Notes: generated from the sequence alone by a model not told the origin. A stretch of DNA of 64,000 nt from Chiloscyllium plagiosum (GCF_004010195.1 NC_057719.1:80885436-80949435); one strand, 5' to 3'. Shown: positions 26,720 through 39,482, counted from the first letter of the stretch. Program-made: numbers and translations.

Positions 26720-28690
26720 ATACGAACATGTGAAATAGGAGCACGAGTAGACCATTTGGCCTCTCGAAGCTGCTCCACCATTCGTTAAGAACATGACTGA
26801 TCTGATTGTGTTTCAAATTCCACATAAGCATTTACCCTGATAATTCTTCACACCCTTGCCTGACAAGAAATTTTCTACCACTGCTTAACAATATCCAATG
26901 ACCCCCAGTTTCCGATATCTTCTACAATAGACTGTTACAAAGTCATGCAATCCTCTGAGAGAAAACAATAATTTGCACCTCTATATTATTCTTAATTTTA
27001 AAACGCTAGCCCATAGTTCTGTGCTGACCCACAAGAGGAAACATTCTTTCCAAGCCCACCTTTTCAAGACCATTCAGGATTTTATAGAATTCTACCAAGT
27101 CACTCCTCATTATTCTAAACACCAGTGGGAACATTCCCAGCTTGCAACATTCTGTCCAAGCTGTGTGGCCATGTATTTGTAGAGCCTGTCGCCAGGCACT
27201 GACTTCAGAGGCTTGTTCTGTGAAAATATTTTTACAAGGAACTTTTCCAGTCTGTCTGACCCATCCTCATAAGACAACCCAATCATTCCAGGTATCATCC
27301 CAGTAAACTTCCTCAGAATCACCTCCAGTTCACTTGCATCCTTTTGTAAAGAGTGAGACCAAAAATGCATATAATATTCGGGACTGTGTCCCTAATGGCC
27401 TGTGTAATTGAACGCAATCTCTTTAATTTTATCATACTGAATGATAACATTCCATTATCCATCTTGCTTATGTGCCTTACCTACGTCTTAACATTTTGTG
27501 GCTCATGCAACAGAATACCTAAACCTCTTTGCCCCTCAGGGTTCCACAGATTTAAATTTTAAATCGATTTTTCACTCCTCCCTCCAAACCGAACAATTTC
27601 ATGTTTTCATACATTGTACTCAAATATGCCAGATCTTTGTCTGTGCACTCAACTGTCTGCAATTTTCTTATATTTTCTTCACAGCAGAAGTTCTTACCTC
27701 GTTCATTGTCATCTGGGAATTTAGCACCTTTGTATTTGCTCCTTTTGTCTAAGACATTGATTTAATTGTAAAAGATTGAGATCCCAGCACAGACCCTTCC
27801 AGGGCTCCATTCACCAAACAAAGACTCTTTTATGCACACTCTGTTTTCTGGCAGCCAGCCAAACTTTTACCTTACCCACTACACTAAGGGTTTCACATTT
27901 CTGCAATAACTTTGAAATGGCATCTTCCCAAATTCTTTCTGAAAACCCAAGTAAAGACATCAACAGATATCACGTCAGCCACAATGTAAGTTCCTCCTTC
28001 AAAGAGCTCCAATAAATTGATTAAACATGATTTCCCTTTGATGAAACCGCGCTGAGTTGCCCTAATTACCGAGAGTCTCTCTAAGTGTACACTATGACCT
28101 CTTTAATGATCAAATCTAATATCTTGAGGAAAGATTGAAAAGGCATCTAAGAGGCAACTTTTTCACACAGAGGGTGGTACGTGTATGGAATGAGCTGCCA
28201 GATGAAGTGGTGGAGGCTGGTACAATGACGGCATTTAAAAACCATCCAAATGGGTATATAAATAGGAAGGATTTGGTGAGATATGGGCCAAATGCTGGCA
28301 AATGGGACTTGATTAATTTTGGATATCTGGTCAGCATGGACGAACTAGACCAAGGGTCTGTTTCCATTCGTACAACTCTATGACTCTATGTCTCTATCTT
28401 CCCCATTGCAGACATTACACCAACTGGCCTATAGTTTCCAATTTTATGCCTTCCTCTCTTCTTAAATAGAGGGATTATATTTACCACTTCCGTGTCTAGT
28501 GGAACATTTCATGAATCTCGGAAGCTATAAAAAAATCAGCATCGACATCATTAGCCACCCCTTTTAAGATTCCAGGATAAAGTCCATTTAGATGTGAACA
28601 CTTGTCAACCTATTGGACCATCAGTTTGCTCAATAGTGCTTCCTTTATGATTGTAATCTTACTGAGTTCCTTTTTCCTTTCCACTTCCTG
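26720..28690 (-). mobile_element. Old decayed CR1-group ORF2 with a nested younger CR1 3' end (about 28125-28395, plus strand)
   Basis: ORF 27110-27370 HFWS...KDASELEVILRKFTGMIPGM; ORF 28135-28383 FFTQRVVRVWNELP. Confidence 0.7.
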
Positions 28691-28711
28691 ATTAACAGCT
28701 ATTACAGGCAT

Positions 28712-28938
28712 CAAAAACTGTGGCAATGGAAAAGCACAGCAGGTCAGGCAGCATCCAAGGTGAAGGAGAAATCAACATTTCGGGCATAAGCCCCTCATCA
28801 GGATGAATTTCCTGATGAAGGGTTTATGCTGGAAACGTTGCATTTCTTGCTCCTCGGATGCTGCCTGACCTGCTGTGCTTTTCCAGAGCCACAGTTTTTG
28901 ACTCTGACTCTCCAGCATCTGCAGTCCTCACTTTCTCC
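28712..28938. mobile_element. Fold-back PLE terminal-repeat insertion with two back-to-back decayed hammerhead cores
   Basis: ...gcccctcatcaggatgaatttcctgatgaaggg...; TSD taacagctattacaggcat (28693-28711) / tagcagctattacaggtat (28939-28957), 17/19 identical. Confidence 0.85.
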
Positions 28939-28967
28939 TAGCAGCTATTACAGGTATGTTTTCTATA

Positions 28968-29024
28968 GAACATAGAACATAGAAGAATACAGCGCAGTAC
29001 AGGCCCTTGGGCCCTCGATGTTGC
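28968..29024 (-). mobile_element. 57-bp extreme 3' end of a CR1-group LINE flanked by a perfect 50-bp duplication
   Basis: Near-identical to the LINE end at about 40250-40306; duplicated flanks 28918-28967 and 29025-29074. Confidence 0.85.
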
Positions 29025-29582
29025 TCTGCAGTCCTCACTTTCTCCTAGCAGCTATTACAGGTATGTTTTCTATATCCTCCATAATGAAGACAGAAGCTAA
29101 TATTAGTTCATTTCATCTGCCGTTTGCTTATTATTCCCTATTGACATCTCATTCCCACCCTCTGGAGGACCGATATTCATTTTACCTTCCTCATTTCTAA
29201 ATATTTGCAGAAATGTGTTGGTTTTTCTGCTCTATGAAGTGCTAGCAGAGGTTCGATAGACCAAATGGCTTCATTTTGAACTCTATATAATGACATACCT
29301 GTGTAAGCTAAAGCCTTGACAAAAGAAATGCCATGACACCATTTGGAAGGAGAGCAATGGAGTTCTGGTGTCCAGTCCAAATTATTCCCTTAACAAACAT
29401 CACATATGTGGATTATGGGGCATTATCACATTATTGTTTGTGAATGCTTGCTGTGTGCAAATTGATTGCTGTGTTTCCTACATTGCAGGTAAAAACAATG
29501 ACTGCAGATGCTGGAAACCAGATTCTGGATTAGTGGTGCTGGAAGAGCACAGCAGTTCAGGCGGGCATCCGAGGAGCAGCAA

Positions 29583-29618
29583 AATCGACGTTTCGGGCAA
29601 AAGCCCTTCATCAGGAAT
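29583..29618 (-). ncRNA. Minimal type I hammerhead ribozyme motif (intact core) in a PLE terminal repeat (about 29488-29622)
   Basis: Minus strand AUUC-CUGAUGA-A-GGGC-UUUU-GCCC-GAAA-CG-UC/GAUU. Confidence 0.75.
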
Positions 29619-29699
29619 AAAGTGTGCACTTATCAATCATAGAGATTTTTGACATGATGTGATCATAAAAGCAAGTACTTTTTACTTTAAAAAAGAAAT

Positions 29700-30950
29700 T
29701 TCTCTGCGGAGCAATGTGCTGACATTGTCACCAAAGAGGTTGTCACTGAGTTATGTCATCTGCTGCTGCTATAACTCAAGAACTGAATCAGAGCACGGAT
29801 AGAACTGCCTGTGGCAGTCAAAGGTACCATTCATTTCAATGCAATAATCTTCTTGCAGTGTGCAGCAGTTAACATCAACGATATTTCATCATTTGTAGCC
29901 AGCGCTATATCAGGGAAGTCACTGAGGCTCTCGACCCCAGAAAAAAATGCTGACAACTCCACCTCATAGTAGAACCAATCAGGACCACATGATTTGGAGG
30001 TGCCGGTGTTGGACTGGGATGTGCAAAGTTAAAAAAAATCACACAACACCAGATTATAGTCCAACAGGTTTAAGTGGAAGCACTAGCTTTTGAAGTGCTG
30101 CTCCTTCATTCGGTGGTTGTAGAGCACTCCGCAGCCACTTGATGAAGGAGCAGCGCTCCGACAGCTAGTGCTTCCGATTAAACCTGTTGGACTATAACCT
30201 GATGCTGTGTGATTTTTAACTTAAAGCAGCACAATGTTGCAATGAGGCTTTACCTGCATTGCATCAACTGTGATAGGATTAGCGTTGGCTCTGGACCCTC
30301 AGCATCCCAGATGCCCTACCCTGGATCCAGATTGCCTACAGTGTTTGGTAACACTATGCATCTTTTTGAAAATGAATAGGACAAGATTTTCTCCAACATC
30401 CAGCTCCTTTGCAGTTTATCCTGTGTCAGGTCTTCTGGCAGCAGTCACAATTCGTACATTCTGTGCCAATCTTCATTGATGTGTTTATTTCAAGCAGGCT
30501 GTCAGGTTACAGAATAGCTACTGGTTAATGAGACTTGCTCCCTTTATGTATGCCTCATGATTCCTGTCAGAAATCCAGGAACAGCTGCAAAATAGCCCTT
30601 CAGCAAGACGAATGCTGCCGTCAAGCCTGCAGTCAGAGTACTCAAGCAATAAACTAGTCAGGAGGAGTCCATGCAGTGTGTACCTGGAGGAATATCCAGA
30701 TTTGTGATCATCTGCTGCATCCTCCACCATTCTATCCACCATTCAGAAGGATCAGTGCTGACCACCGGCTGAATGACCAGGAGGGCAACATGAATGAGAA
30801 GGAGAGAAAAACACTAAGGAGGAGGAATGAGGGTATGGGTGGTGGAAGAGAATCGGGAAGAGCGGGAAAGGGAGAAGGAAGAGAATGAGGGGAAGGAGGA
30901 TAGTGAAAAAGAAGAGGAAGAGAAGGTGCAGCAGCAGCTTTTGATGCCCT
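29700..30950 (+). pseudogene. Decayed PIF/Harbinger DDE transposase (HARBI1-like)
   Basis: 29730: TKEVVTELCHLLLL*LKN*IRARIELPVAVKGT; about 29903: RYIREVTEAL; about 30310: DA/YPGS; about 30555: LMIPVRNPGTAAK; about 30693: ISRFVIICCILHH, then a GA-rich tail. Motif order matches Harbinger transposases; many stops and frameshifts. Confidence 0.75.
29992..30221. mobile_element. Fold-back insertion of a second PLE terminal-repeat family, inside the Harbinger relic
   Basis: About 90-bp inverted arms (about 30029-30120 and 30131-30221) homologous to 57600-57700; decayed hammerhead cores. Confidence 0.85.
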
Positions 30951-31564
30951 CTTTGTGAGAGAGAAACCAATGTGAGCATTCCAAAAGTCATCCTCTTACC
31001 TCCAATAAAGCCACCATGCACCAAAGCTCTCATCTTCCTCACTAACACAGTCTGATAGCCCTCTTGCAGCTCCCGCTTATTGGTCATGTCCTCTTTACGA
31101 TACCAATGTGAACACTGATGCTTCATCCACAGTGAAAAACAAAGGCAGTTTAATTCAGTTCTACCTGTCTAGTTCACAACAGGAATATCCAATCTTGGGC
31201 AAGCCCTTAGTATCTGCCTGTTGTGCTGTTTTGCCTGTGCGAATGCTCTGACACAGTATCTCCCCAGTGGTTACAGCTTGACAAGGAAAGATTCCTGTGG
31301 TTATAAACTGCACCATCTCAGCATGGGCAAGAGGGTAACTTGCCCCAGGTTGTCCCTCTGCTCTCCACTGCATCTTTTTCAGCAAATTCTCCCACTGGCC
31401 CAACCACTACCCACAGCTCCTCCCTTACCCACTCCATTTGAGAGGTGGTTTAAACCGTCCAAGAATCCCATTGTCCTGCAATTTATGTCTGTCGTCCACC
31501 CACCCAGACCTAGATCCACCTCACTTTATTTGCTGCACCACCAGCGTAACACTGGGTACTAACT

Positions 31565-32000
31565 GAAGGATTTGAGGTATAGGCACAGGCTGAATAGGCT
31601 GGGGCTATTTTCCTTGAAGCAAGAGAGTCTGAGCAATGGCGTTATGGAGGTTGATAAAATCATGAGGGACGTGGATCGGGTAAATAGACAAGGTCTTTTT
31701 CCTGGGATGGGGGAATTCAAAACCATAGGTTTAAGGTGAGAAGGAAAAGATACAAAAGAGACCTAAGGGACAACTTTTTCACGCAGAGAGTGTTGCGTTC
31801 ATGGAATGAGCTGCCAGAGGAAGTGGTGGACGTGGGTACAATTTAAAAGGCGTGTGGATGGGCAGATGAAGAGGAAGGGTTTAGAGGGATGTGGGCCAAA
31901 TGCTAGCAAATGGGGACTAGATTGGGTTAGGATATCTGGTCAGCATGGACGAGTTGGACCGAAAGGTCTGTTTCTGTGCTGTACGTCTCTATGACTCTCT
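31565..32000 (+). mobile_element. CR1 3' end
   Basis: aggctgaataggctggggctattttcc...tttttcacgcagagagtg...atgactct tail. Confidence 0.88.
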
Positions 32001-32607
32001 ATAACTAGTGGCTTTCTGAATCTGGATCTGTCACAAATCTCTCCCAGAACCACCTCTCCACAGTGTACGTGCCTTACTAAAGGGTAATGGTGTTGGAGAA
32101 ATGGGGGTCATTCTCTTGTTAACGGCCAGGAAGACCAGAAAGACTGGTTTCTCCCTGTGTTTTGGTGATTTCTACTGTTTACTGCACACCGGGTTTAGAA
32201 TTGAACACAGATTTTAATAAACTGAAACCAAACCAATAGACAAAATCTACCTCTTCTGTGCTACTTGACTCCAGAACCCATGAGTAAATTCTGGAACATT
32301 AGTTCTGAGCAGTAACAGTATAATTCAAAAGTTAACCGTAGTCGAGTGAATTGTTAAATGAATTAAAGTTAATTGAATCAAAGAATAATAAAATACAGAA
32401 GAAGACTGGCAAAGCTAACATTTGATGCCCATTCCAAATTACTCTGGAGAGAGGGTTGTACCACTTTCTTGAACTGCTGCATTAGGTGCACCTACAACAC
32501 TGTTAAGCAGGGAGTTCCAGGTTTTTGGCCCAGGGACAGTGAACAAACAGTGATATAGTTCAGGGACAGGGTGGTGATCGTACCTGCATCAGCTTTTGAA
32601 ATCATAA

Positions 32608-33510
32608 ACATAGAGTCATAGAGATGTACAGCACAGAAATATGCGCTTCAGTACAACTCATTCATGCTGACCAGATATCCTAAACTAATCTAGTCCCATT
32701 TGCCAGCATTTGGCCCATATCCCTCAAAACCCTTCCTATTCATTTATCCATCCAGATGCCTTTTAAATGCTGTAATTGTACCCATGTCCACCACTTCCAC
32801 TGGCAGCTCATTCTATACATGCACCACTCTCCGTGTGAAAAAGTTGCCCCTTAGGTCTCTTTCAAATCTTTCCCCTCTCACCCTAAACCTATGCCCTATG
32901 GTTCTGGACTCCCCGACCCCAGGGAAAAGACCCTGGCTATTTACCTTATCCATGCCCCACATGGTTTTATAAACCTCTACAGTCTCCGATGCTCCAGGGA
33001 AAATAACCCCAGCCTATCCAGCCTCTCCCAGTAGCTCAAACCCTTCAACCCTGGCAAAATCCTTGTAAATCTTTTCTGAACCCTTTCAAGTTTCACAACA
33101 CCCTTCCGATTGAAGGGAGACTAGAATTGCGCACAATATTCCAAAAGTGGTCTAACCAACGTCTGCACAGAGGTTCAGTGCTTAGCACTGTTGCCTCACA
33201 ACATCAGGGACCTGGGTTCAATTCCTGCCTTGGGCGCCCGTCTGTGTGGAGTTTGCGCATTCTCCCCATGTCTGTGTGGGTTTCCTCTGGGTGCTCCAGT
33301 TTCCTCCCACAATCAAATGATGTGCAGGATAGGTGAATTGGCCATGGGAGATTGCCCATAGTGCTAGGTGTATTAGTCAGGGATAAATATAGAGTAAGGG
33401 AATGGGTCTGGATGGGTTACTCTTTGGAGGGTTGGTGTGGACTTGTTGGGCTGAAGGGCCTAATTCTACACTGTAGGGAATCTAATCAATGTCCTGTACA
33501 GCTACAACAT
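32608..33510 (-). mobile_element. CR1 3' end interrupted by a plus-strand tRNA SINE (about 33165-33488)
   Basis: Colinear with 13290-13900; ctaaccaacgtc / ctaatcaatgtc flank the SINE. Confidence 0.88.
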
Positions 33511-33824
33511 TGACCTCATGCTATCAATCAAACCCACTCCCCAGCTCTTTCCCAAAATTCCTTCAATGTCCTCCCTTTATTATCCAATTCCCCTTTGAAA
33601 GCTATGGTAGAATTTGCTTCAGAAAGTGCATTCCAAATTATCATAACACCACATACCACTCCTAGTCTAGCTGGCTTCATTGCAGATGTCAGCATTTTAT
33701 ATACCCTGGGATTTCCATGAAGTCTACTTTGATAGATAACATGATTCAATGCACTCCCAAGGTGTTGTGAAGCCTGAGACAGGTTTAGTCTGGAGTCAGA
33801 AACCTTTCAAAAGATAAAAAGTAA

Positions 33825-34160
33825 TGGAGTCATACACAGAATGGAAACAGACCCTTCTGTCCAACTTGTCCATGCCAACCATAATACCAAACTAAACTAG
33901 TCCCACCTGCCTGTGCTGGGCCCATATCCCTCCAAACTGTTCCTATTCATGTAACTCTGCCCGCATCCACCATTTCCTCTGGCAGTTGATTCCACACATG
34001 GACCACTCTCTGTGGAAAAAGGTTGCCCCTCATGTCTTTTTAAAATCTTTCTCGTCTCACCTTAAAAAATATGTCCCCGAGTCTTGAAATCCTCCGCCAC
34101 AGAGAAAAGGCATCTGCCATTTACCTTACCTATTCCCCTCATGATTTTAAAAAGCTCTCT
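33825..34160 (-). mobile_element. CR1 3' end
   Basis: Similarity to 25835-26200. Confidence 0.85.
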
Positions 34161-34789
34161 AAGTTCCAACTTCACATGTAATGTTGTATAACGAGTAAAG
34201 TATGTTTTTAAAACAGTGTTTAATAATAAGGCAAAGAGATGCACGGCCATAAAATTGACCAACATTGTGGAAGTGACAATGCGTTCATATACATTATAAT
34301 GCATTACCCAACACAGGAATGTGCGGTGCTGCACGAGATTGTATCAATATTCAAATTCGACTGTGTCAAAGATTTCCTGTGATTTAATCTTTTCTTTAAT
34401 TGATAGCTCAGATATGTGCCACCCCGCATTTAAGTTTGAACACTTCAAAAAAGTGCGACTTACACACCTGTCCCCCTGCAACTAAGATTGAACAGATAGC
34501 TAATCTCTCTTAAGGGCTTCAACATGGTTTTGTGTCTAGAGCTGCGTAAGGCTTGGTTCCAAGAAGAAATTCAGTGCATGCCTGTCTGGTGTGCTGACCG
34601 GCTGACCCATACTGAGAGAGGAAGAGAGGAAAGCACCAATGTAGGACCAGGAGCAGACCATTCACCTCTCTGACTCTTCTGTCCCATTCAATACAATCAT
34701 GGCTAATTTAATACATTTTGCCCACCTCATCCCTATGATGGAAATCGGAAAATCCAATCTCTCTGTTATTCAACAGGATAGCTCAGAGG

Positions 34790-35260
34790 AGAAGGCATCC
34801 TGGTCCATGTGATCCCCAGTGTGCAAAGGAAAGGCCAGCAGTGCTACAAGACAATCAATGATATTCTTGGCTCCACCAGGATAAATGCCACATTCTTCTC
34901 TCTGCTATCTCACCCTCACTCAATCCCTGCTGCTGCACCTACCTCCCACCAAGGTTCAAGTGTTGCCCTCTCATACTGTCTGCAACTCCTCCCCTCGCTT
35001 GCTTTTACTCCTAACATCCGGCACCACTAACCCTGCACATCTCCTGCACTGCCTTTTCACTCCCTAGATCTCTTCAGCACCTTTCTACTACCTGCACCAG
35101 CACTAACAGCCGTGCCACTCATTTTCATCTCACTCAATCTGTCCCTGTCTCCCATTTTACAGAGCAAGGCAGAGCAAAGCCGTACGGGGGCGTATGCCTG
35201 ACACTCAGCTCCTCACTCCCTACAATGAATCTCACTGCAGAAGGTGGGACCACTCCTGCG
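34790..35260 (+). pseudogene. Decayed Harbinger Myb/SANT-like partner gene, two exon remnants
   Basis: VQRKGQQCYKTINDILGSTR (34820-34880) resembles the R..QC+K+.ND helix; pyrimidine-rich spacer ending ttttacag at about 35162; then MPDTQLLTPYNE after a decayed TGGG motif. Confidence 0.6.
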
Positions 35261-35544
35261 GAGGTGTCAAGATATCCATGACCAACCAACGGGACTTACG
35301 GTGATCCTTTCCTGGACTGCAGAAACACAGACCCCCTGACTGGAAGCATCCCAACCAGACACATGACCGTGGGCAATCCCCTAGACTGATATCAGAGGCT
35401 GCTCTTTGCCGGGATCCTCCTACCGATAGGTGCCTCCATAGACTTTATTGAGGACTACTCCCCTAAGACATTGAGATGTGACTGTCTATGTGCTGCACAT
35501 GCACTGAGTTTACCATGTAAGCTGCTGCTAAATGGTACAATTCA

Positions 35545-35822
35545 CAGAATCCCTACACTGTGGAAGCAGGCTATTCAGCCCATTGAGTCCACACCTACCC
35601 TCCGAACAGCATCCCATCCAGACCTATCCATGAACCCCATCCCTGTAACCCTGTATACCCATAGTAATCCATCTAACCTGCACATCCCTGAATAATATGG
35701 GGATGGTCAATCCACCCAACCTGCACATCTTTGGACTGTGGGAGGAAACTGGAGCCCCCGGAGAAAACCCACTCGGACACGGGGAGAATGTGCAAACTCC
35801 ACATGCACATGGTCACCCAAGA
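35545..35822 (-). mobile_element. tRNA-derived SINE body (head missing)
   Basis: Similarity to the other copies. Confidence 0.85.
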
Positions 35823-36859
35823 CAACGATCAGATTGATGTAGCACGTCACCATACAATGAAATGTTCACCCGCCCCCCACCACCACCAGACTGAGGATTG
35901 CTGAGCTGCAAAGCAAGATGCCTTGAGCTCATTGTATTGATAAGACAAGGCAAGACATGGATTAAATAGATAGGTGCAAAATGAGAGAGCACAGTGTGAG
36001 AAATTAACCAGCCCTTAGATGTGACTTGGTCAAATCCATGAGCTGGGCTCCTGTCCCTGTGCACAAAGTGTCCCTGTTGCAGCTTTTCAATGTAAATTAC
36101 CGATGTGCCCCGCAATGCAAGTCTGTGACAATCAGCACACTGCCAGTGTTTCAGAGAGGTGCTATTATAGGCATGGCAAGTTGGCTGATGCTAGATTGCA
36201 TGACCATGGGCAAGGGTTGCATAGGATTGGTGCCCATGGATTGGTTGCAGCAAACAGGGAGGTTTTTTTAGAGCAAGCAGAGAGCTGAAACTGCCAGGGA
36301 CCCAGGCTGGTTTTCATATCCATGAGGGTTTGGGGCCAGATAAATTAGCTTGCGGGCACATGAGTACTGGAGTGGCGTGGTGAGGGTGAGGGGGATCTTG
36401 AGGGTGGGATTCAGGGGCGTGCAGGGTACGAGTGACTCACACTCAGTTATCAACGTGGGCTGATGTCCTAGGGAGCCAGGGCCCCTTACCCATCGTCCTT
36501 GGCATCTGCATGAATCTGTTTCCACCGTCAGCTGGCTCCTGGAGGCGACAGCCCTACAACTGCAGCCTACCCCCACCGTGTGGCAATGAAAATAACATGA
36601 ACGCACCCACTGACAGGTAAGTGCGCAGCTTTCGAGGGTAAAAGATGATCCTACTCACACCTGCCACCTCCAAGCTGTAAAGCAAAGTGAGGCACACACT
36701 ATCAAAGGTGCTCAGATCATGTGTCTTGACAAAGATTACGTTCAGGGCAAAACTCCATTTATTCATGAGATGTTACATGATGTAAAAAATCAACACACAT
36801 AAAAACAACCAACCTATAGTGACTATGATGTAACTGTCACAATGCACATCCACCAAATC

Positions 36860-37248
36860 ATGGTCATACAGCACAGTTACGGACCCTTCGGTCCAACTTG
36901 TCCATGTTGACCTGATATCCTAAATTAACCTAGTCCCATTTGCCAGCACTTGGCCCATATCCCTCCAAACCCTTCCTATTCATGTACCCATCCCGATGCC
37001 TTTTAAATGTTGCAATTGTACCAGCCTCCACCAACTCGTCCCATACACACACCACCCTCTGGGTGAAAAAGTTGCCCCTTAGGTCCCTTTTAAATGTTTC
37101 CCTTCTCACTTTAAACCTGTGCCCTCTAGTTTTGGACTCCCGTATCCTGGGGAAAAAAAAAACTTGGGTTATTCACCCAATCCACACCCCTCCTGATTTT
37201 ATAAACCTTTATAAGGTCACCCCTCAGCCTCTGATGCTCCAGGGACAA
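36860..37248 (-). mobile_element. CR1 3' end
   Basis: Colinear with 13290-13700. Confidence 0.88.
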
Positions 37249-37421
37249 TAGTATCATACAACCACACAGTGCAATCTTCTTGCTGTTGTTATTGAGAAAT
37301 CAGGCTCACACAAGTGGCTTATCCTTCAGTTAGTTGTGCACATAAATGCACAGACAGCGCACAATTATATTGGGGAAATCCTTAGAACTGGAACTTGCGC
37401 TATCAATTCACAGGAGTATAA

Positions 37422-38323
37422 TTAAGACAGAGGGTGGTGGTGGAGGGTTGTTTTTCAGACTGGAGGCCTGTGACCAGTGGAGTGCCACAAGGATCGGTGC
37501 TGGGCCCTCTACTTTTTGTAATTTACATAAATGATTTGGATGCTAGCATACGAGGTACAGTTAGTAAGTTTGCAGATGACACCAAAATTGGAGGTGTAGT
37601 GGACAGCGAAGAGGGTTACCTCAGATTACAACAGGATCTGGACCAGATGGGCCAATGGGCTGAAAAGTGGCAGATGGAGTTTAATTCAGATAAATGCGAG
37701 GTGCTGCATTTTGGGGAAGCAAATCTTAGCAGGACTTATACACTTAATGGTAAGNNNNNNNNNNNNNNNNNNNNNNNNNNNNNNNNNNNNNNNNNNNNNN
37801 NNNNNNNNNNNNNNNNNNNNNNNNNNNNNNNNNNNNNNNNNNNNNNNNNNNNNNNNNNNNNNNNNNNNNNNNNNNNNNNNNNNNNNNNNNNNNNNNNNNN
37901 NNNNNNNNNNNNNNNNGCGTTGGAGGCGGAGGGGTGACCTTATACAGGTTTACAAAATTATGAGGGGCATGGATAAGATAAATAGACAAAGTCTTTTCCC
38001 TGGGGTCGGGGAGTCCAGAACTAGAGGGCATAGGTTTAGGGATGAGAGAAGATGTAAAGATATAAAAGAGACCTAAGGGGCAACTTTTTCACGCAGAGGA
38101 TAGTATGTATATGGAATGAGCTGCCAGAGGATGTGGTGGAGGCTGGTACAATTGCAACATTTAACAGGCATTTGGATGGGTATATGAATAGGAAGGGTTT
38201 GGAGGGATATGGGCCGGGTGCTGGCAGGTGGGACTAGATTGGGTTGGGATATCTGGTCAGCGTGGACGGGTTGGACCAAAAGGTTGGACTCCATGCTGTA
38301 CATCTCTATGACTCTATGACTCT
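37422..38323 (+). mobile_element. Young CR1 RT domain to 3' end, spanning an N-gap (37755-37916)
   Basis: SGVPQGSVLGPLLFVIYINDLD...SKFADDTK RT motifs are open in ORF 37434; (ATGACTCT)n tail. Confidence 0.95.
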
Positions 38324-38877
38324 AAATGCAATATTCTGCAACAGATAGACACACGCAACCAGTTTTTAACATCAAAACCTATTAATACATTCCCCTTCAG
38401 GAAAATAATTCCTGACAACACACAACGCATTAAAATATCAAAGTTATGACAAAGCTTTGCAGTATTAATTATTTATGCAGAGAAGAGCATTGGGAGCATC
38501 CAAACTAGCTCTTTTTGCCAACTGAGAGAGCTATAAAATCCTGCTTCACTTCAACTTAAAAATTCACCTCCTCCACTCTATGGATTATAGTGTGGAATGT
38601 CCACAGAACACATTGTCGCCATTCTCCAAGGCTTCTCCAACTGCACTGCCCAAACCCACGGCCTTCACCACCTCAGATAAGGCATCATATACATGGAAAG
38701 CCTCACGTTCCCCTCCAACAGACACACTATCTTGACTTGGAGCATCATAGGCCCTTTGTCATTGCTGGGTACAAGGCCTAGAACTCCTTACAGTAATGTG
38801 GATGCACCTTTAGCACAATCCAAGACAGTGCATCCCTGCATGCAAAGACACTGGCACAGAGAGTTGACCATGATGAA

Positions 38878-39303
38878 TGCTGCCTGAACTGCTGTGCTCT
38901 TCCAGCACCACTAATCCAGAATCTGGTTTCCAGCATCTGCAGTCATTGTTTTTACCTCGATGATTTTAACCCTACTGCGAATCCTCTTGCAAGGATGCCT
39001 GCCTTGAAGAAGTTTAATCCTCTTGCAAGGATGCCTGCCTTGAAGAAGTTTTCCTCCTCTCTCTTCAAGAGTCTCAGGGTGTCCCTCTCCCACTGCAACT
39101 ACTCTATGCTACTTTCTCCCCACCCCCCAGCCTCCTCTAGCTTATCTCTCCACGCTTCAGGCTCTCTGCCTTTATTCCTGATGAAGGGCTTTTGCCCGAA
39201 ACGTCGATTTCGAAGCTCCTTGGATGCTGCCTGAACTGCTGTGCTCTTCCAGCACCACTAATCCAGAATCTGGTTTCCAGCATCTGCAATCATTGTTTTT
39301 ACC
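38878..39303 (+). mobile_element. Young PLE-derived insertion with ~78-bp direct terminal repeats and an 11-bp TSD
   Basis: tgctgcctgaactgctgtgc...gtttttacc at both ends; ACCATGATGAA at 38867-38877 and 39304-39314. Confidence 0.85.
39174..39209 (+). ncRNA. Minimal type I hammerhead ribozyme motif (intact core)
   Basis: AUUC-CUGAUGA-A-GGGC-UUUU-GCCC-GAAA-CG-UC/GAUU. Confidence 0.75.
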
Positions 39304-39482
39304 ACCATGATGAAAGAGTAAAAAGAGACAGAAAATCTTCAGGAAAAATGCGATTATGATGAATTAGATTATGCCTGTGTTTACCTAAGTTGAGTTTATA
39401 AATTTACAATGTTTAGACATGTATAGTCGACATGTATAAAAGATCATTCTTTGTTTTCTTCTATTGTCCTTGAACTGAGTGC

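Noticed and set aside
31240..31500. Possible L1/Tx1 RT remnant (GCP.SPL-like)
   Set aside because: Only one short degenerate motif.
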